The notes beneath the pieces were generated by a model. That model was not told the DNA's origin. It made no database searches and was given only the letters and a program-made list of their open reading frames with translations. This document shows positions 1 through 9,118 of a stretch of 64,000 nucleotides of DNA, piece by piece. The first letter of the stretch is position 1. The number at the start of each line of letters is the position of its first letter. Location of the stretch: assembly GCA_045655105.1 (NCBI GenBank), contig JAZOOQ010000059.1, positions 10,422-74,421 of the forward strand, written 5' to 3'. A program made the translations under genes and the position numbers. The stretch is from Alphaproteobacteria bacterium (GTDB lineage: Bacteria > Pseudomonadota > Alphaproteobacteria > CAAHEQ01 > UBA3637).

Positions 1-385
1 GCAATATCTAACAATTAAAGATCCAGTTATTAAAACAATTTCATGTGATATTGAAGAGGTACAAATTGAATTAGATAATTATGTATTGCTATCTCCAGAT
101 GTTTTGCCATTGGATGAAAAAAATAAAGCCATTTTGCAAGAAGTCATTGCTAGAGAGCCATTGGCATTGATTGAGTATTGGAGTATTGACCCAGATTTTG
201 ATGGCATAACCTTTAGAAGTAAATGGCAAGATTATAGAGAAAACACATCCAATGATGGGGATGAATATAGAGTTTCTACTTCTGCACAAATAACGGTTCC
301 TAAATTAAAAGATAGAAAAAGGATGATTTGTGTTAAAGCTGTCGATGTTTTTGGTTTTGAAAGTGTTGTTGTAAAGGAGATTTAA
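1..385 (+). CDS. DNA methyltransferase, Type III Mod-like, C-terminal fragment (5' end lies off-window)
   Basis: The frame is open from nt 2 with no stop (QYLTIKDPVIKT...), so the listed TTG start at 86 is an edge artefact. The tail ...CVKAVDVFGFESVVVKEI is of the kind I associate with N6/N4 methylases paired with Type III Res. The stop at 383-385 lies 1 nt before the res ATG at 387. Confidence 0.55.
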   Translation, partial: QYLTIKDPVIKTISCDIEEVQIELDNYVLLSPDVLPLDEKNKAILQEVIAREPLALIEYWSIDPDFDGITFRSKWQDYRENTSNDGDEYRVSTSAQITVPKLKDRKRMICVKAVDVFGFESVVVKEI

Positions 386-386
386 A

Positions 387-3293
387 ATGCCAACATTGTT
401 AAATACTGGAACAAGGGATATCCCTTTGCAATTTGCAAAACAATTAACAGATATGGTTAATCAAGAGTGGGAACAAGGTAGTTTTATAAACAAAGTAAGT
501 CCGATCACACAAGATTTATTACGTTTTTGGTTTTCTCCTGCCTTTTGTGATGAAAGACGAATAAATTTTCATGAAGGCCAAAAACAGGCGATTTTAAATG
601 CTATCTACTGCCATGAAATATTAAAAACAGAGTCTGTTTTTAATATGTATCAAGTTGCAAGTAGCAATATTATGGATGATAAATTTTTAAATTCCATTCA
701 AAAAGACAAATATTCCCATCCAAAATATTGTATTAAAATGGCAACAGGTACAGGTAAAACTTGGGTTATGAATGCCTTATTCTTGTGGCAATATTTAAAC
801 GCAAAATATAATGAAAATAAAGAAAGTTGTTCTTTTACAAAGAATTTTCTGTTGGTTGCGCCAGGTTTGATTGTTTATGAACGATTACTTGATGCATTTT
901 TAGGAAAAGAAGATGAAACGGGAATTCGTCATTTTGAAACCTCTGATTTAAAGAAAAATGAAGAAGTTTTTATTCCTGAGAAATATAGAGAAGCCGTATT
1001 TGGTTTTGTTCAAAATAATGTTGTTAAAAAAGAAGAAATTGGCAAAAAAATAACAGGTGAAGGAATTATTGCAATTACCAATTGGCATTTGCTCGCAGGA
1101 ACAGAAGAAGAGATAGATGCTAACATTTCTCCGCTTAAAGATCCTTCATTAGTTATTAAGGATTTGCTGCCTATCACTCCAGGGGTAACGGCAGGTCATA
1201 GCTTAGAAACTCTTGATAATAAGTATTTAAGAGGGGGAGAATTAGATTATTTAAAATCGCTTAAAAATATCTGTGTTTTTAATGATGAAGCTCATCATAT
1301 TCATGAGAATAAAATGGCAGGTATTATTTCGGAAGTGGAATGGCAAAAATCACTTAATTTTATTTCAGAAGGGAAAGAAACAAGTTTTATCCAAATTGAC
1401 TTTTCTGCAACGCCCTATAATACAACAGGTTCTGGACAAAAAAGAACAAAACATTATTTCCCACATATTATTGTAGATTACACATTGAATTCAGCTATTC
1501 ATGCTGGTTTAGTTAAAACCATCGCAATAGATAAACGAAAAGAAATAGCCTCTTTGTCTGATGAAGATTTAGAGTTTAAAGCGATACGAGATGGAAAATC
1601 AGTTGTAGGACTATCAGAAGGTCAAAGATTAATGCTTCGAGCAGGTTTATCTCGTTTGAAGTTATTAGAAGAGGAATTTGTAAAAGTAAATGAAACAAAA
1701 TATCCAAAGATGCTGGTTATTTGCCAAGATACAAAGGTATCTCCTCTTGTTAAAGACTTTTTGATACAAGAGGGATTGCAAGAAAATGATGTGTTGCAAA
1801 TTGATTCAGAGCAAAAGGCCTTAGTGAAATATGATGAGTGGAAGCAAATTAAACAAAATTTATTTAATATAGATAAAAAATCATCTCCCAAAGTTGTTGT
1901 GTCTGTTTTAATGCTTAGAGAAGGATTTGATGTTAGTAATGTTTGTGTTATTGTTCCACTTAGATCATCTCAAGAACCTATTTTGTTAGAACAAGTTATT
2001 GGGCGGGGACTAAGATTAATGTGGCGAGAAAGAGATTACGATGAAATAAAAGCAGAAAATCGTCACAAAATGTTAGATTTAAAACAAGAACCCAATGGAT
2101 ATTATGATATCTTACATATTGTTGAGCATCCAGCATTTATAGAGTTCTATGAAGATTTGGATAAAAATATGTTATTTGAAGAAATAGAACGACCAAATAG
2201 AGAAAGTATATTAGGTGATATTATTACAGTTAAATTAAAAGATCATTATAAGGATTATGATTTTTACATACCGTCAATTATTAAAGATAGAGAAGAACTT
2301 TTGACTCCAAAAGAGCTAAATTCAGAGGATTTTCAATCCTTTCCATGGAAATTGGAACAATTACAAATAATGGTAAAAAATAATGATGCAGAGACATTTG
2401 TTGCACAAGAAATGACTGTTAAAACAAGATTTGGAGAATATAAAGTCCATAGTGAAATTTTTAATGCCAAAAGTTATAATGACTTTTTGTCCAAAATGAT
2501 ATTGGCTATTACTACTAATATTGCAAGGCTTTCATTGCATTCTAAAAAAGAATTTCCAACAATTCAAATAAATCAGGCTCCATTGGTTGCTGTTATAGAT
2601 GAATATATTAGAACAAAATTATTTAACAAACCTTTTGATCCTATGGATGGTAATAATTGGCGTGTTTTAATGCTGGCAAAAATAGGGATTGTAGAACATA
2701 TAATGAATCAAGTGAGCAAGGCTATATATGAATTGCAGAATAATATAAATATTGAAGAGGCTGAAATTGTTAAAAAACATTTTTCAGATATATCATCTTT
2801 AAAAATGAGAGAAAATTTTTCATTAGATATTGCTAAATCAATTTATGAAAAAACATCATATCCATCCAATAAAGGTGAATTTGAAAGAGATTTTCTTTTG
2901 TTTGCAGATGCGGATACCCAAGTTGAAAGATTGTTGAAAATAAATGAAAATTATCATTTGTTTGCTAATTTAAAATATATTAGAACAGATGGTATGCTTT
3001 CTTCATATTATCCTGATTTTATTGTTAAAATAGGTGAAGATATCTTCCTTGTTGAAACGAAAGCGCAGAAAGATGTAAGCCAAGAAAATGTTATTCAAAA
3101 GCAAAAAGGTGCATTAGATTGGATAAAAAAGACAAATGAATTACCACTCGTTGATAGGATGAATTCTCTTTGGCATTATGCAATTTTGGATGATAATACA
3201 TTTTATATGATGAAAGATAAAGGAGCTTCTTTGAAAGATATGTTGTGTTTTTGCAAACTGAATAATGCTAAAATTTCGGGGAGATTATTTTAA
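387..3293 (+). CDS. res: Type III restriction endonuclease, Res subunit (SF2 helicase plus PD-ExK nuclease)
   Basis: Walker A/motif I is MATGTGKTW, motif II is NDEAHH and motif VI is QVIGRGLRL. The C-terminus carries a nuclease motif, YYPDFIV...FLVETKAQ (PD...ExK). The size (968 aa) and the position directly behind a methylase gene fit Res. Confidence 0.85.
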   Translation: MPTLLNTGTRDIPLQFAKQLTDMVNQEWEQGSFINKVSPITQDLLRFWFSPAFCDERRINFHEGQKQAILNAIYCHEILKTESVFNMYQVASSNIMDDKFLNSIQKDKYSHPKYCIKMATGTGKTWVMNALFLWQYLNAKYNENKESCSFTKNFLLVAPGLIVYERLLDAFLGKEDETGIRHFETSDLKKNEEVFIPEKYREAVFGFVQNNVVKKEEIGKKITGEGIIAITNWHLLAGTEEEIDANISPLKDPSLVIKDLLPITPGVTAGHSLETLDNKYLRGGELDYLKSLKNICVFNDEAHHIHENKMAGIISEVEWQKSLNFISEGKETSFIQIDFSATPYNTTGSGQKRTKHYFPHIIVDYTLNSAIHAGLVKTIAIDKRKEIASLSDEDLEFKAIRDGKSVVGLSEGQRLMLRAGLSRLKLLEEEFVKVNETKYPKMLVICQDTKVSPLVKDFLIQEGLQENDVLQIDSEQKALVKYDEWKQIKQNLFNIDKKSSPKVVVSVLMLREGFDVSNVCVIVPLRSSQEPILLEQVIGRGLRLMWRERDYDEIKAENRHKMLDLKQEPNGYYDILHIVEHPAFIEFYEDLDKNMLFEEIERPNRESILGDIITVKLKDHYKDYDFYIPSIIKDREELLTPKELNSEDFQSFPWKLEQLQIMVKNNDAETFVAQEMTVKTRFGEYKVHSEIFNAKSYNDFLSKMILAITTNIARLSLHSKKEFPTIQINQAPLVAVIDEYIRTKLFNKPFDPMDGNNWRVLMLAKIGIVEHIMNQVSKAIYELQNNINIEEAEIVKKHFSDISSLKMRENFSLDIAKSIYEKTSYPSNKGEFERDFLLFADADTQVERLLKINENYHLFANLKYIRTDGMLSSYYPDFIVKIGEDIFLVETKAQKDVSQENVIQKQKGALDWIKKTNELPLVDRMNSLWHYAILDDNTFYMMKDKGASLKDMLCFCKLNNAKISGRLF

Positions 3294-3400
3294 AAAATCA
3301 TTGATTTTATTCTTGAAAAAAAATTTTTATTCGGGTAAGATAAGCTGTTATAAAATAGCTTAAATTTTTGGTGCATAAAGATAATAAAAAAGGATAAATC

Positions 3401-5800
3401 ATGATGAGATTTCTTTCAATGTTGGTCAGCTTAGGTTTTTTTTGCTGTTTTATTGTTTTTATTATCGGTTTTGCTGTGATGGTTCACTTTTCAGTTGGTT
3501 TACCAGATTATAAACAATTGGCTGATTATCGCCCGCTTGTTACCTCAAGACTTTATGCAAATGATGGGTCCTTGATGGCAGAATATGCAAATGAAAAAAG
3601 ATCATTTGTTTCAATTGAAAGTATTCCTCCATTGGTGATCAGTGCTTTTATGGCGGCTGAAGATAAGAATTTTTATGAACATGGTGGTATTGATTTTATG
3701 GGGCTTGCCCGCGCAATGATTATCAATGTTAAAAACATTGGAACAGGGCGCCGCCCAATGGGTGCTTCAACAATTACACAGCAGGTGGCTAAGAACTTTT
3801 TGTTGACTTCAGAGCAATCTATTGAACGCAAAATTAAAGAAGCTTTATTGGCGCGCAAAATTGAAAAAACATACACAAAAGATCATATTTTAGAGCTTTA
3901 TTTGAATGAAATTTATTTGGGGCAAGGTTCTTATGGTGTTGCCAGTGCGGCGCTTAATTATTTTGACAAGAATTTAAAAGATTTGAGTATTGCTGAATTG
4001 GCATATTTAGCGGCTCTTCCAAAAGCGCCAAATAATTATCATCCTGTTCGGAAAAAAGAACAAGCTATTGCAAGACGCAATTGGGTTATTTCAAGAATGG
4101 TTGATGATGGGTATATTTCAGCTGAAGAAGGGGTGAAGGCACAAGAAGAAGATTTGGTTGTTGTTCAACGGCCTAAAAATGCATTGCGCGTGAATGGATA
4201 TTATGCTGAAGAAGTGCGCCGATTTATTGTGGATAAGTATGGCGAAGATGCGATGTATAATGGTGGTTTATTTATTCGCACCAGTTTGGATCCTAAAATG
4301 CAAGCTGCTGCTGTGAAAGCTTTACAAGATGGGTTATTGAATTATGATAAGCGTCATGGTTGGAGAGGTGCAAAAGAAAAAATAGATGTTTCATTGCCTG
4401 ATTTTAAAGAAACATTGGTTAATAAAGAAATTCCAGCTTATGTGCCAGAAGGGTGGCTTTATGCCGTTGTAACAAATGTTAAAGAAAAAGAAGCAGAAAT
4501 TTATGTGTCAAATGGCAAAAATGGTAAAATTTTATTAACAACGTTAAAATGGGCTAGACGTGCACTTGAAAATGCAAAAATTTCTTTAACACCGGTTCAA
4601 AAGACAGGAGATGTCTTATCAAAAGGAGATGTTGTTTTTGTGAGCCTTCAAAATGAAAAAGAAGGAACATATTATTTGCAACAAGTTCCAGAAGCAGAAG
4701 GGTCTTTAATTGCATTAGATCCACATACAGGCCGTGTTTTAGCAATGGTTGGTGGTTTTTCATTTTATCGCAATCAATTTAACCGTGGTATTCAAGCAAA
4801 ACGGCAACCAGGTTCTTCATTTAAGCCATTTGTTTATTTAGCGGCGCTTGATTCAGGTTATACCCCATCAACATTGATTTTAGATGCACCAATTGTGATG
4901 CGTTTGCCAGATGGTAGCGTTTGGAAACCAAAAAATTATAGTAAAAAATTCTATGGCCCAACAACGCTTCGTGTGGGGCTTGAAAAATCAAGAAACTTAA
5001 TGACCATTCGTTTGGCTCAAGCTATTGGGATGAAAAAAGTTTCTTCTTATGCAAGAAAATTTGGTATAGCTGATAACTTGCAAGAAGTTTTATCTTCAGC
5101 TCTTGGCGCGCATGAAACAACCTTAATGAAATTAACAACGGCTTATGGCGCCCTTGTAAATGGGGGTAGAAAAATTACGCCTAACTTGATCGACCGAATT
5201 CAAGATAGAGACGGGAACACGATTTATAAACATGATATGCGTCCTTGTCCTAATTGTGTGGGTGAATTAGCAAGCCCAATGGAAAAACCAGAAATTATTG
5301 ATGCGAAAGAGCAAATTCAAGATCCTGTAAGTGCTTATCAAATGGTTCATATTTTAACAGGGGTTGTTGAACGCGGAACAGGGCGCGTTGCTAAAGCAGT
5401 TCGAAGAACATTAGGGGCAAAAAGTGGAACCAGTAATGATAGTTTTGATGCTTGGTTTATTGGCTTTTCTCCCGATTTAGTTGCTGGTGTTTGGGTTGGA
5501 TTTGATAATCCGCAAACATTAGGAGCGAATGATACAGGTGGTGTTGTTGCTGGGCCAATTTTTAGAGACTTTATGAGCGAAGCTTTAAAAGATAAGCCAG
5601 ATATTCCATTTCGAATTCCAAAAGGTGTTCGTCTTGTGAAAGTGAACCCAACAACTGGGAAACCACAACAAGAAGGTCAAGTGATTACAGAAGCATTTAA
5701 AACAACGGATGCCGATATGCCAAGCAGTAATGTTATTGGTGGTAAAGAAATGATTGAAGAAAAAGATGAATCTATGCCTGAATTAGGTGGATTGTATTAG
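3401..5800 (+). CDS. mrcA: penicillin-binding protein 1A (bifunctional transglycosylase/transpeptidase)
   Basis: N-terminal TM anchor. GT51 motifs EDKNFYEHGGID, GASTITQQ and RKIKEA. Transpeptidase motifs SSFKP (SxxK), SRN (SxN) and KSGT (KTG-like). Confidence 0.93.
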   Translation: MMRFLSMLVSLGFFCCFIVFIIGFAVMVHFSVGLPDYKQLADYRPLVTSRLYANDGSLMAEYANEKRSFVSIESIPPLVISAFMAAEDKNFYEHGGIDFMGLARAMIINVKNIGTGRRPMGASTITQQVAKNFLLTSEQSIERKIKEALLARKIEKTYTKDHILELYLNEIYLGQGSYGVASAALNYFDKNLKDLSIAELAYLAALPKAPNNYHPVRKKEQAIARRNWVISRMVDDGYISAEEGVKAQEEDLVVVQRPKNALRVNGYYAEEVRRFIVDKYGEDAMYNGGLFIRTSLDPKMQAAAVKALQDGLLNYDKRHGWRGAKEKIDVSLPDFKETLVNKEIPAYVPEGWLYAVVTNVKEKEAEIYVSNGKNGKILLTTLKWARRALENAKISLTPVQKTGDVLSKGDVVFVSLQNEKEGTYYLQQVPEAEGSLIALDPHTGRVLAMVGGFSFYRNQFNRGIQAKRQPGSSFKPFVYLAALDSGYTPSTLILDAPIVMRLPDGSVWKPKNYSKKFYGPTTLRVGLEKSRNLMTIRLAQAIGMKKVSSYARKFGIADNLQEVLSSALGAHETTLMKLTTAYGALVNGGRKITPNLIDRIQDRDGNTIYKHDMRPCPNCVGELASPMEKPEIIDAKEQIQDPVSAYQMVHILTGVVERGTGRVAKAVRRTLGAKSGTSNDSFDAWFIGFSPDLVAGVWVGFDNPQTLGANDTGGVVAGPIFRDFMSEALKDKPDIPFRIPKGVRLVKVNPTTGKPQQEGQVITEAFKTTDADMPSSNVIGGKEMIEEKDESMPELGGLY

Positions 5801-5808
5801 AGGTTAAA

Positions 5809-6285
5809 ATGGATAGAGATTTATTTAATTATATGCCGATTGATGAAAAGATAAAAAAAGCAAGAAGACTTTTGCGTTCTGCTCTTGTTTATGATCATGT
5901 TAAATTTTTGATGACTGGTAAAAAAAATATATATACTGTTTCTGATGCTTTAAAACCAAATGCAAAAAATGAGGAAGATCGCAGAAATTTTGATCAAACA
6001 AGAGATATTGCCCATGTGTTGCAATCAGAATTTCCAGAACCAGATCGTTTAAGAAATTATAAAGAAATTTGTGCATCAGAAATTGGTGATATTGAATATT
6101 TATTAAAAGATAAAGAAGTTCGGATGCAAATTGTTAAAGATATTATGACTGAAGAACAAATGAATTTAAAACAAGATTATTCGTTTTTCTTAAACAGTGT
6201 AAAAGCACGTGTTTGTGGATCAAAACCAATTCGAAAAATGAATACGTTAATGATTTCTCTTTTATCAAAAATAAGAGGAAGATAA
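5809..6285 (+). CDS. hypothetical protein (158 aa)
   Basis: Long ORF 8 nt after mrcA. No motif recognised. Confidence 0.5.
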   Translation: MDRDLFNYMPIDEKIKKARRLLRSALVYDHVKFLMTGKKNIYTVSDALKPNAKNEEDRRNFDQTRDIAHVLQSEFPEPDRLRNYKEICASEIGDIEYLLKDKEVRMQIVKDIMTEEQMNLKQDYSFFLNSVKARVCGSKPIRKMNTLMISLLSKIRGR

Positions 6286-6312
6286 TTTAAGTGTGCTAAA
6301 AAAGGAGTTAAT

Positions 6313-7435
6313 ATGAAAGCAGAAATTTTAGCATTTAAACAAAAATATCAAACGGCAATTGATTTGCTGAAAGGCCGTCTTTGACTGGGATAATGCAAAA
6401 CTTCGTAAAGAAGAATTAGATGCGTTAACTTTAGATGCTTCGTTATGGGAAAATCCAGAAAGAGCGCAAAAGCTGATTAGTGAACGAACAAGGCTTATTG
6501 CTCAAATTGAAAAAATTGAAGAACTTGAAAATACTGTTTTTTCAACATATGAGATGATTGAACTTGCAGAGATGGAAAACGAGGTTGAGCTTTTAAAAGA
6601 AGCAGAAGACTCTTTTTCAAATTTAGATCCAGTTGTTGAAGAAATGTTGCTTTCTTCTTTGCTTTGTAAAGAAGGGGATGCGAATGATTCCTTTTTGGAA
6701 ATTCATTCCGGAGCTGGTGGAACCGAATCACAAGACTGGGCTTCAATGCTGATGCGCATGTATATGCGTTGGGCTGAAAAAAATGGATATAAAGTTTCAT
6801 TATTGGAAGAAAGCCAAGGTGATGAAGCTGGTATTAAATCAGCCACAATGAAAATTGAAGGTTTAAACGCATATGGTTGGCTTAAATATGAATCAGGTGT
6901 TCATCGTTTGGTTCGCATTTCTCCATTTGATTCAAATGCAAGAAGACACACAAGTTTTGCCTCTGTGTGGGTTTATCCAGTTGTTGATGATTCAATTGAA
7001 ATTGATATCAATCCAGCTGATTTAAGAATTGATGTGTTCAGAGCATCAGGTGCTGGTGGGCAACATGTAAACAGAACGGAAAGTGCTGTTCGAATTACGC
7101 ATATCCCAACTGGAATTGTTGTTCAAAGCCAAACAGGTCGTTCTCAATTTCAAAATAAAGATGAAGCCTTTAATATGTTAAAATCAAGATTATATGAATT
7201 AGAGCTTCAAAAACGAAAAAAAGAACAAGGCGAAATTGAAGATGCCAAAGGTGATAATGGTTGGGGCAATCAAATTAGGTCATATGTTTTGCAACCATAT
7301 CAAATGGTGAAAGATTTAAGAACTGGTTATGAAACATCCGACACCAGCGGTGTTTTAGATGGAAATTTAAATTCTTTTATGCGTGCCTCACTTTCAGGTC
7401 TAAAAGCTAAAGATGAACAAAATCAAGAGGATTAA
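6313..7435 (+). CDS. prfB: peptide chain release factor 2, requires programmed +1 frameshift (join 6313..6381, 6383..7435)
   Basis: The ATG at 6313 follows AAAGGAG. Frame 0 reads MKAEILAFKQKYQTAIDLLKGRL then an in-frame TGA at 6382. The +1 frame continues DWDNAKLRKEELD... and joins the listed ORF 6554..7435. SPF (RISPFDS) and GGQ (SGAGGQHVNR) motifs are present. Confidence 0.93.
6370..6385 (+). other. RF2 autoregulatory +1 recoding site (CTT TGA C)
   Basis: The sequence AAA GGC CGT CTT TGA CTG contains the canonical CUU UGA C shift site, with a weak SD-like AAAGG a few nt upstream. Confidence 0.85.
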
Positions 7436-7436
7436 A

Positions 7437-8102
7437 ATGGCAAAAAAAATACTTTTTGGTTTGGATATTTTTAAAAAAACTCATGAACTTGAACAAATGA
7501 TATTGACGTTTTTGCTCAACATTATTCAAGCTGGTATTTTTTATGATCAAGCAATGCAAACATATCTTGATGAAGGAGCCAATGATTCTTTTTCTGATTT
7601 AGTTAAAAAAGTTTCTGCACTTGAAGCAGAAAATGATGCGTATCGAAGAAAAATTGAAAACAATTTATATCAATATATGATTTTGCCAGATATGCGTTCA
7701 GATATTTTGAAATTGCTTGAAATGTGCGATAAAGTTATTAATAAATATGAGTCAAACTTATTGGTTGTAAGCGTTGAAAAACCAAAAGTTTTTTCCTCTT
7801 TAAAAGAAGATTTAATTAAAATAATTCATTGGGATTTGGAATGCGTTGGTTCGCTTGTTTCTGGTGTTCGACATTTCTTTTTGGGGAAGGAAATAAAAGC
7901 GTTTACACTTCAAACTTATCAGTTTGAGCATAAGGTAGATGAATGCGCATTAAAATTAAAAGAAATGGTGTTTAATGAAAAAATTGAATTGGCCAGACAA
8001 ATCCAATTAAAAGAATTTATTTATCATATTGAAAAAATTTCTGACATTGCAGAAGATGCAGCGGATATTTTAAACATTATGGCGGTTAAACACGCATTAT
8101 AG
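7437..8102 (+). CDS. DUF47 / TIGR00153-family protein (PhoU-like, PiT-associated)
   Basis: Helical ~220-aa protein immediately upstream of a PiT transporter, which is the usual DUF47-PiT pairing. I prefer the ATG at 7437 (MAKKILFGLDIF...), 1 nt after the prfB stop, over the listed overlapping start at 7413. Confidence 0.6.
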   Translation: MAKKILFGLDIFKKTHELEQMILTFLLNIIQAGIFYDQAMQTYLDEGANDSFSDLVKKVSALEAENDAYRRKIENNLYQYMILPDMRSDILKLLEMCDKVINKYESNLLVVSVEKPKVFSSLKEDLIKIIHWDLECVGSLVSGVRHFFLGKEIKAFTLQTYQFEHKVDECALKLKEMVFNEKIELARQIQLKEFIYHIEKISDIAEDAADILNIMAVKHAL

Positions 8103-8107
8103 GAAAA

Positions 8108-9118
8108 ATGATGACGATTTTAGATTGCTTTTTTATGCTTGGTGCGATTTTTCTTGGGTTTTCCTTAGGGAAAAACAACTTAAGCAATCTTTTTGGAAGC
8201 GCCATTGGAACCAAAATGATTCATCTGAAATCAGCGGCTTTATTGGCTTCTTTATTCGTTTTTTTGGGTGTTTTTTTCAGTGGATATGCTACAACAGAAC
8301 ATGTGAATAAACTGGCAACGGTTGTTTCTTTTCAAGAAGCTTTTTTTGTTTGTGTTTCAGCTGGGCTTGTGATTTATCTTTTAAGTTTATTTGGTATTCC
8401 AGCGTCTATTACCCAAACAAGTACAGGAGCCTTAATTTCCTTGAATGTTTTTCATCATTTATCTATTGATTATGATTTAGTTTTAAAAAGCTTTTTTGGG
8501 TGGGTTGCAACACCATTTTTATCGGGATTTTTGGCGTTTATTTTCTTTTATTTCTTTAGAAAATTTTTAAAAGAGCATCCAATTAAACTTTTATATCGTG
8601 ATATTGTTATTCGCTGTTTCCTTGTATGCGTTGGTTCATTTTGTGCTTATTCGTTAGGGGCGAATAATATTGCAAGTATTGCAGGTCCATTTATTTCTGT
8701 TGATAAAAACATGATGATAGTTTTGTTTTTCTTAACTGCTCTTGGTGTGAGCATTGGTTTTTTCAGAGCGGATAAACGCGTGATTAAAACAGTGAGTAAA
8801 GGAATGTTTCCGTTAACGCCGATGGAAGCATTTATTGCTGTTTTTTCGTCAGCAATGACATTGTTTTGCTTTTCAAGCGTAGGTCTTAAAAATTTTCTTG
8901 AAAGCCTTTATTTGCCCTCATTTCCTTTGATTCCAGTTCCGTTATCAGAAGCAATTATTGGTTCAATTATTGCAATAGCCTTGGCAAAGGGGATAGATGG
9001 TCTTAAATTAAAAGTGGCAGGTTCAGTTCTTTGTTCATGGGGTGTTGCCCCATTAAGTGCAGGTTTATTATGTTATATGTTTATGTTTTTTGCTAAAAGT
9101 TTTGGGGTGTTATTATGA
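8108..9118 (+). CDS. pit: inorganic phosphate transporter, PiT family
   Basis: Polytopic membrane protein with the duplicated PiT signature GKNNLSNLFGSAIGT ... GANNIASIAGPF. Confidence 0.85.
   Translation: MMTILDCFFMLGAIFLGFSLGKNNLSNLFGSAIGTKMIHLKSAALLASLFVFLGVFFSGYATTEHVNKLATVVSFQEAFFVCVSAGLVIYLLSLFGIPASITQTSTGALISLNVFHHLSIDYDLVLKSFFGWVATPFLSGFLAFIFFYFFRKFLKEHPIKLLYRDIVIRCFLVCVGSFCAYSLGANNIASIAGPFISVDKNMMIVLFFLTALGVSIGFFRADKRVIKTVSKGMFPLTPMEAFIAVFSSAMTLFCFSSVGLKNFLESLYLPSFPLIPVPLSEAIIGSIIAIALAKGIDGLKLKVAGSVLCSWGVAPLSAGLLCYMFMFFAKSFGVLL

Noticed and set aside
6495-6800. 101-aa ORF on the minus strand, and the internal Met start at 6554 for the plus-strand ORF
   Set aside because: Both lie inside prfB once the +1 frameshift at 6382 is applied. 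The minus ORF is antisense to a conserved gene and has no RBS.
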